Positions 63,591 through 64,000 of a stretch of 64,000 bases of DNA are shown here, one piece after another. Made by a program: the position numbers and the translations under genes. Each line of letters starts with the position of its first letter. Positions within the stretch are counted from its first letter, which is position 1. This DNA comes from Lama glama (Eukaryota), in NCBI GenBank assembly GCA_028534125.1, contig CM052816.1, forward strand, positions 74,278,001-74,342,000, written 5' to 3'. A model generated the notes under the pieces. That model ran no database searches. It was not told the origin of the DNA and was given only the letters and a program-made list of their open reading frames with translations.

Positions 63591-64000
63591 GATCTAGACC
63601 AGGAGGGATTCATTACTTTATGGATTACTTTATGATTCGTTACTTTAGAAGAAGCAGCAAAAAAAATCTTGTGCCTTTGTGTGGGGAATCAGGGCATTGG
63701 ATTGGAAGATACGGGCTAGGTATTTCCTAAGGGGCCGGAGAGGCAGGGGACGTGGTGAGGAGAGGTCACTGGGGCTGGAGGTGAAACATCTGATGCAGCA
63801 TTGGGAGTCAGGTCAGCACCTCATCATGGTCCAGCCTCCATTTGGGTTAGTCACCTTGTCTGCAGAGACACTGATGACAGTCGTGTGTCTTGTGGTCCTA
63901 TTGACAGCAGCCAGCAGATCACCTGTGACTGTCCAGCTGCAGAGACACCATTCTGTGCCCTCATATTTTGCTCAGTAACAATCTGACCTCCACGTGGACA

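Overview
Mammalian genomic DNA, probably camelid (tRNA-derived SINEs resembling the Vic-1 type; artiodactyl-style L1 3' ends), with two 500-N assembly gaps. Most of the window is LINE-1, ERV/LTR, MaLR, Tigger and other repeats. The main biology is a ~26 kb cluster (19.9-46.1 kb) of at least six short genes with single-exon CDSs. One (26439-26933) is recognisable as ANXA2R. The other five share an N-terminal domain with it: Trp at residue 13, W-x-L-x2-[YF]-P-x-L, and a Cys exactly 27 residues after that W. In the non-ANXA2R copies this extends to C-x6-C-x2-H. Two paralogues look intact (175 aa and 117 aa, each with TATA box and polyA signal) and three are disrupted. An orphan 3' flank suggests a seventh copy. 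Shared flanking DNA shows the cluster grew by genomic duplication and inversion. Promoters carry Oct/PORE-like and DUX/CCAAT-like motifs, which suggests early-embryo expression (inference only). A CpG island with a (GGCGCG)n repeat lies at ~57.1-58.1 kb. Repeat boundaries are approximate unless a TSD is given.
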